In this document: positions 27,808 through 28,898 of the stretch, piece after piece
Numbering within the stretch: position 1 is the stretch's first letter
How the letters are laid out: the number at the start of each line of letters is the position of its first letter
Origin: a virus
Taxonomy: Duplodnaviria; Caudoviricetes
Length of the DNA stretch: 28,898 nucleotides
Virus record (IMG/VR): IMGVR_UViG_3300023176_004604
Span: 1 to 28,898 of that record
Strand: one strand, 5' to 3'
Notes under the pieces: generated by a model
The model's database searches: none
The model's input: the letters and a program-made list of their open reading frames with translations, nothing else
What the model was told of the DNA's origin: nothing
Program-made: the position numbers and the translations under genes

Positions 27808-28743
27808 ATGGCAATATATGATACATTTAAAAAGATTGACGCACACGCTATTGTAGATGGAAGTATATTACCTGAAGATATTGGTGCAAACCAAATCACT
27901 GGGGCAAAGATAGACGCAGGCGCAGTTACAGAAGCAAAGTTTTCTGACAATGCTGTTGCTGCAACTGAACTTGCAGGTAGTTTGGATTGGAGTGGCAAAT
28001 CAATTACATATAGAGATATTGTAGACGGTGATATTTCAGGAAGTGCTGCTATTGCAGGTAGTAAATTAGCAAGCGGCGCAGCAGTTGGTAACTTAGGATA
28101 TACTCCGATGAATAAAAGCGGTGATCAAGTTACAAATTTACGCCTAACAAATGGTTCAACTAGCACTACTGCAATCGGCCCGAGCGGTGACAATAACACA
28201 GGTATATACTACAGTGGTAACGACACTATACTTGTTACAGCTGGCAGCGAAGCTATGCGTACAAGAGGAAATAATGTTACTAGAGAAAGAACTCCTATGT
28301 TCCACGCTACAGGAACAAGTGGTTGGAGATATTCAAACTCATACGGCGGTCCGGGATGGAGAGAACTAAACGGTAACTTTGGTTGGAGCTCTTATCAAAG
28401 AGGCGGCACCAACTTCCAAAACGGTAACGGAAGATTTTATGCACCAACAGCAGGATTCTATCAATTCCAGTTCCAGACATATTCACGTAATGATACCAAC
28501 TCAACCGGTAACTATGTACACTTTAGCTTCGGCAGAAACGGTAGTGTTGCTATGCAAAGTGGTAGAACACCGCACGGTATTTGGCGCCACGGCGGCAGAA
28601 ACAACCTAGCACACGGTTTATATGCTGACCTAGGTACATATATGAATGCAGGACAATACATAAGTGTTTGGATTTTCTGGAGAGGAAATCAACATAGATT
28701 CCACGGAGCACACAGTGTCTTTAACGGATACCTAATTGGATAA
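27808..28743 (+). CDS. Fibre protein with C-terminal C1q-like domain, paralogue C (311 aa)
   Basis: Collinear with A and B. NLGYTPMNKSGD; GRFYAPTAGFYQF...MNAGQYI...FNGYLIG. Confidence 0.85.
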   Translation: MAIYDTFKKIDAHAIVDGSILPEDIGANQITGAKIDAGAVTEAKFSDNAVAATELAGSLDWSGKSITYRDIVDGDISGSAAIAGSKLASGAAVGNLGYTPMNKSGDQVTNLRLTNGSTSTTAIGPSGDNNTGIYYSGNDTILVTAGSEAMRTRGNNVTRERTPMFHATGTSGWRYSNSYGGPGWRELNGNFGWSSYQRGGTNFQNGNGRFYAPTAGFYQFQFQTYSRNDTNSTGNYVHFSFGRNGSVAMQSGRTPHGIWRHGGRNNLAHGLYADLGTYMNAGQYISVWIFWRGNQHRFHGAHSVFNGYLIG

Positions 28744-28746
28744 ATA
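28739..28746 (+). promoter_or_regulatory. Late promoter variant (GATAAATA) overlapping the upstream stop codon
   Basis: GGA-TAA-ATA at the end of 27808..28743, 17 nt before the ATG at 28764, followed by a GAGGA SD. Confidence 0.6.
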
Positions 28747-28763
28747 CGAGTAGAGGATAAAAA

Positions 28764-28898
28764 ATGAGAAACGTAACTTTTGAAATTACAGACATACAAT
28801 ATAAAGTTTTAGCTAACCAAGCACTTGATCCACAAGATTGGGTAGAGAATGCTGTTGGACATCTAGTAGAATTAGCCAAAGATCAAATGGTCGAAGCT
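28764..28898 (+). CDS. Truncated phage protein, possibly a fibre assembly/accessory protein (MRNVTFEITDIQYKVLANQALDPQDWVENAV...)
   Basis: Not in the ORF track. GAGGA SD, ATG at 28764, open for 45 codons to the window end. Function guessed from position only. Confidence 0.7.
   Translation, partial: MRNVTFEITDIQYKVLANQALDPQDWVENAVGHLVELAKDQMVEA

Noticed and set aside
585-28609. Numerous minus-strand and alternate-frame ORFs of 60-150 aa in the ORF track
   Set aside because: All overlap long plus-strand genes and show no recognisable motifs. They are the shadow ORFs expected from biased codon usage.
26411-28743. Diversity-generating retroelement targets in the Asn/AAC-rich C1q heads
   Set aside because: No template/variable repeat pair differing only at adenines and no reverse transcriptase in the window. 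The paralogues differ at all base types.
21-28743. Stop-codon reassignment, since all 16 complete genes end in TAA
   Set aside because: Genes are full length under the standard code with no in-frame TAG or TGA. TAA preference is normal for AT-rich, highly expressed genes.
1-28898. CRISPR array, tRNA, intein, intron or mobile element; assignment as a cyanophage
   Set aside because: No spaced DNA repeats, cloverleafs, splicing motifs or nuclease/transposase ORFs were seen. No host-diagnostic gene is present, so the host cannot be assigned.

Overview
A ~37% GC, all-plus-strand late (virion structural) gene cluster of a large, probably aquatic, T4-like/jumbo tailed phage. It holds 16 complete genes and one truncated gene, with (T/G)ATAAATA late-promoter boxes in four intergenic gaps. 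The cluster is built from paralogue sets: two beta-helix fibre proteins with different inserted domains (1379 aa, 1243 aa); a 1920-aa protein and its collinear paralogue split over two coupled genes (667 + 2089 aa); three ~110-aa beta-sandwich proteins that each follow a large gene; and three tandem C1q-domain fibre proteins. The most striking signal is six helical repeats in the 667/2089-aa proteins that resemble the phycobiliprotein globin fold around its bilin-binding cysteine (e.g. DKCARDVGYILDALRYDLLYGGT). Also notable are a GC-rich, probably structured ~115-nt leader at 6547-6660 and a gene split inside one of those repeats. No tRNA, rRNA, CRISPR array or mobile element was seen. All family assignments come from motif recognition by eye, not database searches.
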